Assembly: GCF_009914755.1 (NCBI RefSeq) | Contig: NC_060925.1 | DNA: 64,000 bases | Direction: 5' to 3' (one strand) | Source: the human T2T-CHM13v2.0 reference genome, Homo sapiens | Shown here: in pieces, positions 31,320 through 45,400 of the stretch | How the letters are laid out: every line of letters starts with the position of its first letter | How positions within the stretch are numbered: the first letter of the stretch is position 1 | The notes under the pieces: model-generated | Databases searched by the model: none | Seen by the model: the letters and a program-made list of their open reading frames with translations, nothing else | What the model was told of the DNA's origin: nothing | Position numbers and translations under genes: made by a program

Positions 31320-31540
31320 AACTAGCATTTGTTAGAACTTACTGTGTTCCAGAAACTTTATTGATACCATTTCTTCTCATTATCACATTCATTCTTTCAA
31401 TTAATATTTTTTTCCATCTTAATAAGGTGGGACGAGAGGTTTTGTAATATCCACTAACCCACTGTGGGTATCATGGCTTGCAAGAGGAAGAAAGCATGGT
31501 GGAACTCAGGTTTCTCTGATTCCAAATTCACATCCTTTCA
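31320..31540 (-). mobile_element. MIR
   Basis: 'actagcatttgttagaacttactgtgttccag...ggaactcaggtttctctgattccaaa'. Confidence 0.55.
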
Positions 31541-32363
31541 TGTCTCCATGAAAAATAGAAAAGATAAATTGGACTCTATTCTAACAAGAGAAACACAATT
31601 TTCCGTCAGTTAAATGAATAATTCTTAAACCTCAAAAATAAAATGTAGCAAAACTTCAATTCAAGAGTAGACATAAAAGTTGTGACATGGGTAGCAGGGA
31701 CATATGTCTAGTGACATAGATTTGCTATGCATGTCTGACCAAAAATCTCCCTCATGATTTTCAAATCAGATGCATAACGACATTTAATGAGTTTCACGAA
31801 TCATTAACATCAGGCTCTGAAAACAGGATCATTAAAAATGATTAAGATTTTCAACAACAAAGATCTTATCTAAATAGAAGGGAAATTATATTGGATGGCT
31901 TCATTCCCTGGGCAGTCTAGTTAATAATTCAACTTGTTCAAAGCTATAAAATATGGCAACTTAAAAAATTATGAAAGTTTTTCCAACTTTGTGCTTAAGG
32001 TAGTTGGCCATTCTTCCTCTTGGGAATAAGAAGGGCAGATTTTCTGTCAAAGCATTTTGCTATTGCTTTTCAATTTCCATTTAAGGAAAATAGATAAAAT
32101 AGCAATTTTTTATTTATAAATTTAAAGTCAAAATGGAGATAATTAAGTATCTCCATTAATTAAGTAAAGATTAATTTTTTTAGAAATAGCATTTACTAAA
32201 TTCTAATAAATCAATTGATTGACTATTTTTATCCCTGGCTCAATGTGACTCTCTTTGACGTACTCTTGTTTTAATTCTAGTTTATGTCAACAATGTGTAA
32301 TCGTAGATGACTCTTTGCCACTTTGATCTCTCAGTTCTATGAACAACTTTGATCTAACGATAA

Positions 32364-33060
32364 TGTTTTCCAATAGAATTATTTCTACTCAAACTTCTGA
32401 TATCAAATTTGTGGATTTAGCCTCACCTCAATCAATTCTTCAACTCTCAGGACACCAAATGGTGTCCTACAATTCAATTCAATCCTGAGACTATCTATCT
32501 GGAGATAGCATCAGATCCCACAAGTTCAGGGTTCAGGCCCACAAGACTGCCCCCCCACCATTAGAGAGGAGTTGTGGGCCTCCCATACTCCTGACCAACT
32601 GGCTATAAATTAGGACTTCCATGGATTCCTTCCCCAGGTTCTATAATTTGCTAACATGGCACACAGAACCCAAGAAAGCACTTTGCTTACAGTTACTGTC
32701 TGATACAAATCAGGAACTGTCAAATAGAAGAGACACATAGTGCCAGGTATGGTGAAAGGGGGCACAAAGCTGCCATATGACCTCTAAATATATCATTGTA
32801 TCACCCTCCCAGCACCTCAGAGGTGATGGAGGACAGGGCTGACAGTTTCAACCATCTAGTTATGCCTTAATGTTTCTGGTGTCCAGCATCCTCCCTGAAG
32901 CTATACGGGTCTCCAGCCACCACTCATGTCATGTCAATAGCATAAACTCAGGTATGGCTAAGAGGGACTTATGACTAGTAAAAGATGGTCCTCTCATCTC
33001 TATCAGGAAATTTCAAGTTTTAGGAGCTCTGTACTGTGAACTGGGGAGGAAGACCAAATA
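32364..33060 (-). mobile_element. MER21-family (ERVL) solo LTR
   Basis: 'gacaccaaatggtgtcctacaattcaattcaatcctga...cccacaagactgcccc'; the reverse complement of the right end, 'tatttggtcttcctccccagtt...agagctcctaaaac', matches the MER21 start. Confidence 0.82.
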
Positions 33061-33074
33061 GGACATACCCTAGA

Positions 33075-33263
33075 CCAGTTGTGCTAACTACTGTGTGCCT
33101 CAAAATTGCCTACAGTTGTGTTACAATAAGAGATTGCTGAGACCTGCTATTGGAATTTCAGATTTGGTAGATCTGGGGGTGTAACCTGAGAATATACAGT
33201 TCTAGTAAGTTCCCAGGTGATGCTGATGCTGCTAGCACAGGGACCACACTTCCAGATGGACTG
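33075..33263. mobile_element. MER5A (hAT-Charlie) MITE
   Basis: 'cctgagaatatacagttctagtaagttcccaggtgatgctgatgctgct...gggaccacactt'. Confidence 0.8.
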
Positions 33264-33339
33264 AGTGAAGTATCGTCGTTACTTATAATAGGAACTTCTC
33301 TGTAGTCACAATTTCATTCATCCCATTCTCTGAGCTCTT

Positions 33340-33900
33340 CCTTTAATCATTCCCTTTCATACACTGACATAAAATTTTTCAATCTCTCTGAGACCTCCAA
33401 ACTATTATTTTATCAATTCACAATGACCCTTACCTACTTGATGTACTCTATTTCCTGTTCTCCTGCCTAAATTCCATGGCCAACCATTCCCAGGAAACTT
33501 CAACTTCCTTGTTTCTCTTTCACTTTGCTGAATCTAACCAGGAAAATAACCCTGGTTAGGGGATTTCCACCAAATCCCCACATATATTTGAGCAACTAGA
33601 TATATGGATCAAATTGAAAAATATCCCACTTGAAAATGAGAATCTCAGTGCTGCCTATCAATCAATCATACTACATATGTTCCAATCTATTCACTCTCTA
33701 ATTTACCTAGTTTTGTATCTTATCCTGTCTCTAATCCCTAACACTTCCCCAGAAATCCTCAATGTCTTTTTGGTTGTGCTTCCCTGAGAACATTGAATCA
33801 TCCAAAGACAACTTCCACAGACTCCTGAAACCATTTAAACTCACTTTCCCATGTCTACACCCACATACTCTCCATTTTCACCTATTATTTTCTGTGAAAT
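33340..33900 (+). mobile_element. Probable L2 internal fragment
   Basis: Pyrimidine-rich, L2-like phrases 'ctaaattccatggccaaccatt...aaaataaccctggtta' and 'cttccctgagaacattga'; very diverged. Confidence 0.4.
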
Positions 33901-34829
33901 AACTGGCCCCTATCTGTATATTGTCTGATGATGATTTCTATATTAGATGTGAAGAAAATGAGAATAGGGTTAGAGCTACTTTCTCATTATAGCATAGCTT
34001 AGAATCAAATCCACTCAGTCCACCACTGAAACTGGGGTTCCAAGTCAGTGTATTTGGAGAAGGAGAGCTAGTAGAAAAATAAGGATGAAAAGATCCAGGA
34101 TGAAGCTTCTGATGGAAGAAAAGGACATTTTTACTATTATGAACACCTTGAAGCAGACCTTAAGCATTCTCATCTGGACAAATATCCATTCATCCACTCC
34201 AGTGAGCTGATTAAGTTTTAGGATTTTAAGGGTCAGTGAACAATTATTCCTCATTCAGCAATTAAAGAAGGATTAATATGAATATTATCTTGGAGAAGTT
34301 TAATTTAAAACATATTTGATTGATTTTTGGCAATTGTCTTCTATCAGATCATTACCAATCCATATGAGTTGGTAGGAAGGGAGAAAACCCAAAATTTAAT
34401 CAGATGCCTGAAGTTAGGGAACACTTTATAACCAACCCAGGGGGAAAAATGCTCAAAAGGGAAAGATGAGGACAGAAAATACATTTCAAAGATTTTAACT
34501 TTTTGACAAAATGTCAATTCTGTGCAAGAAAAACTGATTGTGTGAATATATCTTTGTCATTTACATCTGCCAATGTGTTCAGAAATATATAACCTATAAT
34601 TTTTTTAATAGTAGCTTCTTAACACAAAATTTATTCATCAAAGTATCTAAAACATTCTAAAAATACTAAAAATTTTCAATTTAAATATTAAGCTAAACAG
34701 CTCTGTATATGTAAATAAGCTCAAACAAACGTGCATGCTCCCCAACAATAACACTGCTACAGATATTGACTGGTGGTTTTGGTTTCATTTCATTTTATAA
34801 TGGCAAATCTGGTTAAAACCCAGATTCTA

Positions 34830-35130
34830 GGCTGGGCACAGTGGCTCACGTCTGTGATCCCAGCACTTTGGGAGGTTGAGGCAGGCAAATCACAAGGTCA
34901 ACAGATCGGGACCAACCTGGCCAACATGGCGAAACCCCATCTCTACTAAAAAAAATACAAAAGTTAGCTGGGCGTGGTGGCACGTGCCTGTAGTCCCAGC
35001 TACTTGGGAGGCTGAGGCAGGAGAATCATTTGGACCTGAGAGGCAGAGGTTGCATGAGCCAAGACTGTGTCACTGTACTCCAGCCTGATAACAGAGAGAG
35101 ACTCCATCTCAAAACAAAAGAAAACAAAAC
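34830..35130 (+). mobile_element. AluSc-like, full length
   Basis: 'atcacaaggtcaacagatcgggacc' (Sc-type left arm); TSD aaaaccc(c)agattct at 34,815-34,828 and 35,131-35,145. Confidence 0.92.
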
Positions 35131-35170
35131 AAAACCCCAGATTCTGAAATGGCTCTCAAAATAAGCATCT

Positions 35171-36971
35171 CAATTGCTTCAAAGAGAATAAAATACCTAG
35201 AAATCCAACTTATAAAGGTTGTGAAGGACCTCTTCAAGGAGAACTACAAACCACTGCTCAATGAAATAAGATACAAACAAATGTAAGAACCTTCCATGCT
35301 CATGGGTAGGAAGAATCAATATTGTGAAAATGGCCATACTGCCCAAGGTAATTTAAAGATTCAATGCCATCCCCATCAAGCTACCATTGACTTTCTTCAC
35401 ATAATTGGAAAAAACTACTTTAAAGTTCATATGGAACCAAAAAAGAGCCTGCATTGCCAAGTCAATCCTACGCCAAAAGAACAAAGCTGGAGGTACCGAG
35501 CTGCCTGACTTCAAACTATACTACAAGGCTACAGTGACCAAAACAGCATGGTACTGGTACCAAAAGAGAGATAGAGGCCAATGGAACAGGACAGAGCCCT
35601 CAGAAATAATGCCACATGTCTACAACTATCTGATCTTTGACAAACCTGACAGAAACAAGAACTAGGGAAAGGATTCCCTATTTAATAAATGGCCCTGGGG
35701 AAACTGGCTAGCTGTATGTAGAAAGCTGAAACTGGATCCCTTCCTTACACCTTATACAAAAATTAATTCAAGATGGATTAAAGACTTACATGTTAGACTT
35801 AAAACCATAAAAACCGTGGAAAAAAACTAGGCAGTACCATTCAGGACATAGGTATGGGCAGGGACTTCATGTCTAAAACACCAAAAGCAATGGCAACAAA
35901 AGCCAAAATTGACAAATTGGATCTAATTAAACTAAAGAGCTTCTGCACAGCAAAAGAAAGCACCATCAGAGTGAACAGGCAACCTACAGAATGGGAGAAA
36001 AGTTTTGCAATCTACTCATCTGACAAAGGGCTAATATCCAGAATCTATAATGAACTCAAACAAATTTACAAGAAAAAAGCAACCCCATCAAAAAGTGGGC
36101 GAAGGATATGAACAGACACTTCTCAAAAGAAGACATTTATGCAGCCAAAAGACACATGAAAAAATGCTCACCATCACTGCCCATCAGAGAAATGCAAATC
36201 AAAACCACAATGAGATACCCTCTCACACCAGTTAGAATGGCGATCATTAAAAAGTCAGGAAACAACAGGTGCTGGAGAAGATGTGGAGAAATAGGAACAC
36301 TTTTACACTGTTGATGGGACTGTAAACTAGTTCAACCATTGTGGAAGTCAGTGTGGCGATTCCTCAGGGATCTAGAACTGGAAATACCATTTGACCCAGC
36401 CATCCCATTACTGGGTATATACCCAAAGGATTATAAATCATGCTGCTATAAAGATACATGCACACGTATGTTTATTGTGGCAGTATTCACAATAGCAAAG
36501 ACTTGGAACCAACCCAAATGTCCAACAATGATAGACTGGATTAAGAAAATGTGGCACATATACACCATGGAATCCTATGCAGCCATAAAAAATGATGAGT
36601 TCATGTCCTTTGTAGGGACATGGATGAAGCTGGAAACCATCATTCTCAGCAAACTATCGCAAGGACAAAAAACCAAACACCACATGTTCTCACTCACAGG
36701 TGGGAATTGAACAATGAGAACACATGGACACAGGAAAGGTAACATCACACACTGGGGACTGTTGTGGGTTGGGGGGAGGGAGGAGGGATAGCATTAGAAG
36801 ATATGCCTAATGTTAAATGACGAGTTAATGGGTGCAGCACACCAACATGGCACATGTATACATATGTAAAAAACCTGCACGTTCTGCACATGTACCCTAA
36901 AACATAATGTATAATAACAATAATTAAAAAAAAGAAATGAAAACATATGTACACACACACAAAAAAAGAAA
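35171..36971 (+). mobile_element. 5'-truncated L1PA4-like element (~1.8 kb, ORF2 3' part and 3'UTR) with a 16-bp TSD
   Basis: Begins 'caattgcttcaaagagaataaaatacc'; 3'UTR 'cctaatgttaaatgacgag'; TSD aaaataag(c/g)atctcaa at 35,158-35,173 and 36,972-36,987. Confidence 0.96.
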
Positions 36972-38608
36972 AAAATAAGGATCTCAAAGAGGTCAATATG
37001 TATATAATCTATTCTTAAAGAAAAATTTTCTTCAATTGTTTATTGAAATATCACACAGGCTCTGACTTTGTTTATAACCTTAAAAAGTATGTAGATTTAT
37101 GTGTAGCTTTTGTAAAGTGAAAGCTCAGAATGTCTACTCTGTTCTGGTACCACTTTAGTTTAATTGTTGGAAAATATTTAATAAAAATGAATTACTCAAC
37201 AAATGGAAAATTTGAACTTTGCATACTAAATTTTTACTTCATATTATCAACTCTTGAAAAAAAGTGTGTATATTTGAAATGACACTCATTTGACTATACC
37301 ATAATATATTTCAGACTTTTTATCTTCAGTTACAGAATTTCTCCATCCTTTGAATTATGTTAGCAGGCTTTAGTTGGCCAGTATTGGTGATTCGCCTCCA
37401 CTAATTAACAACTCTATTATCTGACCCCCGGTGATGCATTTCCATAGTTCTGTCTTGTTATGAGTGTCATTTTTTTCTTCTGTTTTGTTGACTGCCATTC
37501 AAATAGTTTTGGTTTTATCAGAGATTTTCACTTTACTGTTTGTCACCCCCTCATTTTTTTAGCTTCTCATAATTTACTGTATTATATCTGCCTGGGCTTT
37601 TGGTTCCTTTACAGATTTATTTCACTTTATTTTTAGCTTATGATACTTCTAAAGTCTGTACCCTTTTAATTTTCACTTGCTTCATCGTCACATTCTTGTG
37701 TTTTGTTTTCATTTCAAAATACCAGAAAGTAGGATGTCTCAGCATCTTGGTGAGTGGAATAGTTTATTTATAATCCAAAAAAAACCCCCCATACTTTTTG
37801 TGACCTATCTGCTTCTAAGTAAAAATTTTATATATAAATTCTTGAAAAAAAATCTTAAAATTCTAAGGGATTGAATGAGATTTTAAAAATCATTCTATAC
37901 AACAATGGCTGCAAAATTTGTATTCCTCTACTCAAGAGAAATAATGAACATTTGTTATTAGTTTACTAACATCTAAATGTTAATGTATTCAATTATATAT
38001 TATTAAAACACGATTAAGCTTAAGAGGTGGAAAAGTATAAAACAAACAAGTGTATAATTTACCTTTATTAATATGAAACATCTTTTTCTCTCCTGAAAAT
38101 AAAGATTAACCAGTGGTGTGCTGGGGCGGGAGGGGGTGTGTTGGAGGGAGAAAAGCCATGATTTGCCAATTTCAGCACAAAACTGAAAATGGTTATTAAT
38201 CTTTACTAGCTCCAGATATCTTTTAACATATATTGAAATCTATGATCCTTTAAAAGAAAACATATATACAGATTTTGACAAAACTTTGCGGTTCCACTCA
38301 TGGATCCTTGTATAAGAATCCCTTTTATATGTGTGTTTGCAATTTAAAGAGTTCAGACTTTATGATTCACAGGTGACAATTAATAATTTAAAATCAACAC
38401 TTAGGCTTTTATAATTTGGGAGTCAGTTGTTTAACTTCTGTAGTAGTAACTGCTTCTTCTCTGAGAAACTTAGCAGCTAAGACCAGGGAAATGTCCCTTG
38501 GTGTGCAACACACCTCTTCTTTCTGAACATATCGTATAAGAAGTTAACTTTGTCTCAAAGTTTATATGACTTTTGCATTTGCAGTTACTAGCTATTTTCT
38601 TTTGGAAC

Positions 38609-39316
38609 TGTAGGACTTGGAGACCTTTCCCTCTACCCTCTGAAGGTATGATAACTGAGTCTATGAAATAAATGGATAACAGGCATGTCAAAAGAAGAAA
38701 AGGTATACACATTTATTACACGCATGGGGGAATCACAGGAAAGAAAAGTGGAATCAAAAACAAAACAAAACAAAACAAACAAAACACCAGCAAGAAAAAA
38801 CCCCAGTGAGATTTAGGAGCTTATAGGGAAGGCAGGAGGAAGAATGTAGGAAACTTAGGGAAGAGCAAATGACTTTTGGGAAAGATGACCAGACCCTTAG
38901 GAGAATAGATGATAGTTTGTGGCAGTCTGTCTTGGTGTAGTATTGACACTTAGTCTTGTCTCCTGTGATATGAGGAGTCAATTTTCCCTGGCTGATGAAA
39001 CTCCTAGGAAGGAGATGAATGTCTTTGTGCTGACAAGACAGTATCTTGAAGCTTTGTTTTCCAATTCAGTTCTAAATCTGCAGTATATAAAAATCTGCTC
39101 ATCATGCTTTGGATGTTATGGTAGATAAATGGTATCTTTACAAAGATACATTCATTCTGGTATTGAAAGTTGCTTTTGGAGGATCTCACTTGAGGAACGT
39201 AAAGGGAGTGCAGTGAAAGCAAGTACTGCATTTGTTGTTTTTCAAATATTTTCAGTTCGATGTAATCAGTACACCAAAGCAATCCATTTAGGACTGGCAT
39301 TTCCTGAACACCTTCA
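38609..39316 (-). mobile_element. MER34-like (ERV1) solo LTR containing a (CAAAA)n run and a 148-bp foreign insert
   Basis: TG...CA termini; the minus strand starts 'tgaaggtgttcaggaaatgccagtcctaaat...ctttggtgtactgatta', as in MER34/39-type LTRs. Confidence 0.7.
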
Positions 39317-39911
39317 GAACTCTTTTTATCCCATGTTATTTCTATGAGATCACGTGATTTAAGAACAACTTTTACTTGCCACTTACATATATATTGAAAA
39401 GGCAAACTTTCCTTTCATAGTTTGCTAATTTTGGCAAAGTACTTTAACAAAACTTAAATTAAGTAAGTGAAATTTTCTGTTCTATTGTTTTGAAAACAAT
39501 TCTAGAAACTGTCCTTGTAAGAACAGCAAAAAGAGAAAAAGGTAGTTCTCAACTGCTGCTTCAACCATTCTTTGTTTAACAATGTATCTAATTAAAAGGC
39601 AAAACTCTCTATTTCAGGTTTATATGTATCAATTGCTTGATTAGAAAGTAAATTATTTACCCCATACAATCTGGTGTCAAAAAACTTATAATAAAATTAC
39701 TTTGATTTTATTGCTTATAAGTTTGTGAATTTAAATCTCAACTTACAGTGATGAATTTATTTGCTTTGTGCTGACAAGACAGTATGTTGAAGTTTTGTTT
39801 TCCAACTCAGTTCTAAATCTTCAGTGTATCAAAATCTCCTCATTATAATTTGGATGTTATGGTACATAAATGGTATCTTCACAAAGATACATTCATTCTG
39901 GTACTGAAAGT
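39023..39911 (+). repeat. Dispersed 148-bp direct repeat (39,023-39,170 and 39,764-39,911), ~91% identical
   Basis: Ungapped by-eye alignment from 'ctttgtgctgacaagacagtat' to 'cattctggta(t/c)tgaaagt' shows about 13 mismatches. Confidence 0.95.
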
Positions 39912-41267
39912 GCCTACTTAAAATTCTGCATGAACAGTTTTATCGAAAAAATATGTAGACAAGCCATTAAGTGTACACAGTGACTTGGAACAAATTCTTA
40001 CAAGAAGCATAGCATGTCTTCCATTAAATGTATACATTTTTTAAAAAGTTACTGAAAGTGTTCCTGAGGTTAAACAATAAATCTTTTAAATTTAACCACT
40101 GTGCTCCCTCAAAGGTAATTTTTTTCTTTATTACACTCACTTAGGAGATACAGTCAGATCTCAGCCTACCTTAAACAACTAGGCAGTATTTTTAGTGCAC
40201 TTTTCTGTGTGTTAAAAAGCTAGTTGTCAATAATAAGTTGCTCAGTTATCTTCCTCAATTACTTTTTATTTTGTTTTGTAATTATTATCCTATTTTGGCT
40301 TTCCTTTAGAATTGTGAAATATCTTGAATCAGAAATTGCAGAGAATATATAAATGAGTAAGAATGCACTCTGCAATCAAACTAGATCTCGAAAGTGTTTT
40401 GTTGTAGTTTATACCTTGAATTCGAAGGCCATTCTATACAAGGCACTTGAAAAATTTTCAAGCTCTTATATTTCATAATAGTGGAGAATTTATTGTTGTT
40501 TTATTTGCAAGGAGATAGACCAGATAAAAATATCACTTTATTTTTTACAGTGTTGACTTTGATATTCTAAACTTGTCAGTTTATACAGATTAATGAAGAC
40601 TCCGTACATGTAAAATTCACTATAATGTTTTTTCTGGTATGAGAGTCCAAAAAAATAGTAACTACATACCCAAACAGGTAAAGTAAAAATATACAATAGC
40701 TTGACAAAAAAAAAAAAGAAGAAGAAAAAAGGAACCCCTATACATTCCTTAACATTCTTAAACCCTGAGGACCATATTGGATTCAAAAGAAACATTTCTG
40801 GTGGCAGAGAAAGGGCTAAAAAGCTAAAGTATATAATAAGTAAATTCCTCATTGCTATAAAATATATGACCAGCATGACATTTCAATACATGTTCAAGTT
40901 TTCTGAAAAAAGTTCTAGGATAATAGGATTTCAAATTTTGATTCTACAGATATCATTCTCGTGATTGGTATGGGAGAATCATCCTCTTCATGTATTAGTG
41001 GATTCAAATGAAAAAAAAATCAGGCAGCTAGTTCCTTTCCAAGAAGCCTTAGAGATTGTTGTACATAAAAATATGAGCCATATTTCTGATTCAAATTGTA
41101 GAGAATTCTCTTTATTCCCTCTTCTGCATAAAATTATGCACTGGCACTCTGCTCTCCAGACAAGTAAAACTTCTTACCTGCTATCATTTGAGATACCCAA
41201 GACTCAGAACATATTATCTCCTAGCTGAAAGTCCCAACAAACTTCTCAGGACAAAAACAACAAAAAC

Positions 41268-41856
<589 letters not shown>

Positions 41857-42040
41857 CTCCACTCCACTCCATTCCATTCCATTCCATTCCATTCCACTCC
41901 ATTCCACTCCATTCCATTCCATTCCATTCCACTCCCTTCCACTCTACTTCACTCCATTTTGCTCCACTCCAGTCCACTACAATCCATTCCATTCTATTCC
42001 GTTCCATTTCATTACAATTCATTCCATTCCATTTTATTTC

Positions 42041-42096
42041 GTCAGGATCTCACTCCGTCACCCAGGCTGGAGTGCAGTGGCACAATCTCAGCCCAC
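42041..42096 (-). mobile_element. 56-bp Alu right-arm 3' fragment embedded in HSat3 (copy 1)
   Basis: gtcaggatctcactccgtcacccaggctggagtgcagtggcacaatctcagcccac. Confidence 0.9.
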
Positions 42097-42387
42097 ATTT
42101 CATTTAACCTTTTCCTTCCATTCCACTCCATTCCATTCCATTCCATTCCATTCCATTCCATTCCATTCCATTCCATTCCATTCCATTCCATTCAATTCCA
42201 TTTCATTCTATTCCAAACCACTCTACTCCACTGTACTCCACTGCATTCTTTTTCATTCCATTCCATTCCATTCCTCTTCATTCCACTCCACTCCACTCCA
42301 ACCCACTACACTCCATTCCATTCCATTCCATTCCATTCCATTCCATTCCATTCCATTCCACTCTAATCCCTTCAATTCCTTTCCTTC

Positions 42388-42443
42388 GACAGGATCTCAC
42401 TCTGTCCCCCAGGACGGAGTGCAGTGGCACAATCTAGGCTCAC
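42388..42443 (-). mobile_element. 56-bp Alu right-arm 3' fragment embedded in HSat3 (copy 2)
   Basis: gacaggatctcactctgtcccccaggacggagtgcagtggcacaatctaggctcac; same endpoints as copy 1. Confidence 0.9.
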
Positions 42444-45400
42444 ATTTCATTTCACCATTATATTCCATTCCATTCCATTCTATTCCATTCCATTCCATTC
42501 CACTCCACTCGTCTCAATTCCAATCCCCTCCACTCCACTCTACTCCACTCCATTCCACTCCATTCCATTCCATACCACTCCATTCCACTCCATTCCATTC
42601 CACTCCACTCCATTCCACTCCATTTCATTCCATTCCACTCCATTCCACCCCACTCATCTCCACTCCACTCCACTCCATTCCACTCCACTCCACTGCATTC
42701 CACTCCATTCCATTCCATTCCAATCCATTCCATTCCACTCCATTCCAATCAATTCCACTCCATTCCATTCCACTCCAGTCCACTCCATTCCATTACACTC
42801 CACTCCAATACACACCACTCCATTCCATTCCATTCCAATCCATTCCATTCCACTCTATTCCAATACACTCCACTCCATTCCATTCCACTCCATTCAATCC
42901 CATTTCACTCCACTCCACTCCAATCCACACCACTCCACTCCATTCCACTCCATTCCATTCCACACCACTCCATTCCACTCCATTCCATTCCACTCCACTC
43001 CATTCCACTCCATTCCACTCCATGCCACTCCATTCCACTCCACTCCTCTCCACTCCACTCCACTCCACTCAATTCCACTCCACTCCACTCCACTGAATTC
43101 CACTCCATTCCATTCCATTCCAATCCATTCCATTCCACTCCATTCCAATCAATTCCACTCCATTCCATTCCACTCCAGTCCACTGCACTCCACTCCATTA
43201 CTCTCCACTCCAATACACACCACTCCATTCCATTCCATTCCAATCCATTCCATTCCACTCTATTCCAATACACTCCACTCCATTCCATTCCACTCCATTC
43301 AATTCCATTTCACTCCACTCCACTCCAATCCACACCACTCCACTCCACTCCATTCCACTCCACTCCACTCCATTCCATTCCACTCCACTCCAATCCACTC
43401 CACTCTACTCCATTCCACTCCACTGCACTCCACTCCAATCCATTCCAACCAAGGCCATTCCATTCCGTTCCACTCCATTCCATTCCACTCCATTCTTCTT
43501 GACTCCATTCCTTTCCACTCCACACCACTACTATCCACTCCACTCCATGCCATTGCATTCCGCTCCACTCCATTCCACTCCAATCCACTCCACTCCATTC
43601 CATTTGATTCCATTCCACTCCATTCCATTACATTCCATTACATTCCACTCCATTCCATTCCATTCCACTCCATTCCATACCATTACTCTTCACCCCATGC
43701 CACTCCATTCCACTCCACTCCATTCAACTCCATGACATTCCATTCCATTCCATTACTGTCCACTCCATTCCACACTACTCCATTCCATTCCACTACATTC
43801 AATTACACTCCATTCCACTCGATTCAGTTCCAATCCACACCACACACCTACACTCCATTCCATTCCATTCCATTCCATTCCATTCCATTCCATTCCATTC
43901 CATTCCACTCCCCTCCGTTACATTCCATTCCACTCCATTCCATTCCACTCCACTCCATTCAATTCCACTCCAATCCATTCCACTCCTTCCCACTCCAATA
44001 TATTCCATTCCACTCCACTCCACTCAACTCCACTCCATTCCATTCCACTACACTCCACTCAATTCCACTCCATTACACACCACTGCATTCCATTCCATTC
44101 TATTCCATTCCGCACCATTCCATTCCATTCCACTCCACTTCACTCCATTCCACTCCATTACCCTCCATTCCATTCCATTCCATTCCACTCCCTTCCACTC
44201 CACTCCATTCCACGTCATTGCACTCCATTTCACTACAATCCATTGCACTCCATTCCATTCCATTCCTTTACGTTCCACTGCATTCCATTCCTCTACACTA
44301 CATTCTATTCCACTACCCTTTTTTCCAATCCATTCCACTCCTTTCATTCCACTCCACTCCACTGCCATCCATTCCATTCCATTCTATTCCATGCCATTGC
44401 TTTCCATTCCATTCCACTCCACTCCATTACACTCCATTCCATTCCATGGCATTCCATTCCATTCCATGGCATTCCATTCCATTACACTCCATTCCATTCC
44501 ATTCAATTCCATTCCAATCCACTCAACTAAATTCCATTCCATTCCCTTCCATTCCGCTCCAGTCCGTTCCACTCCACTTCATTCCATTCCACTCCACTCC
44601 AAATTATTGCATTCCATTCTATTCCACTCCACTCCATTCCACTCCATTCCATTCCACACCACTCCATTCCACTCCATTCCATTCCAGTCCACTCCAATCT
44701 ATTCCAATCAGGGCCATTCCATTCCATTCCACTTTATTCTATTCCACTCCATTCCTCTCAACTACATTCCATTCCACTCCATGCCACTCCACTCCACTCC
44801 ACTCCATTGTATTCCACTCCACTCCACTCCACTCCATTCAAATCCACTCCATTCCATTCGATTCCATTCCATTCCATTCCACTCCACTCCATTCCATTCC
44901 ATTCCATTCGATTCCATTCCATTCCATTCCACTCCACTCCACTCCATTCCATTCCATTCCATTCCATTCCATTCCATTCCATTCCATACCATACCATACC
45001 ATTACACTTCACCCCATGCCACTCCATTCCACTCCACTCCATTCAACTCCACGACATTCCATTCCATTCCATTCCTGTCAATTCCATTCCACACTACTCC
45101 ATTCCATTCCACTCCACTCAATTACACTCCATTCTACTCGATTCGGTTCCACTCCACACCACACCACTCCACTCCTGTCCTCTCCATTCCATTCCATTCC
45201 ATTCAATTCCATTGCATTCCATTCCATTCCACTACATTCCATTCCATTCCACTCCCATCCATTACACTCCATTCCACTGCATTCCATTCCATTCCATTCC
45301 ATTCCACTCCATTCCAATCCAATATATTCCATTCCATTCAACTCCACTTGACTCCACTTCGTTCCATTCAATTACTCTCCACTCAATTCCACTCCATTAT

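Noticed and set aside
35171-36971. Idea that the + strand L1 is a local copy or daughter of the full-length L1
   Set aside because: It has its own TSD and a different 3' tail tag, and it is clearly diverged outside the central tract (about 90% identity just upstream).
39748-39911. C/D-box snoRNA-like pattern (GTGATGA...CTGA, with actt/aagt ends) spanning the duplicated segment
   Set aside because: The terminal stem is out of register for a kink-turn, no rRNA guide or host gene is recognisable, and the other copy lacks both boxes. An Infernal/snoscan search would settle it.
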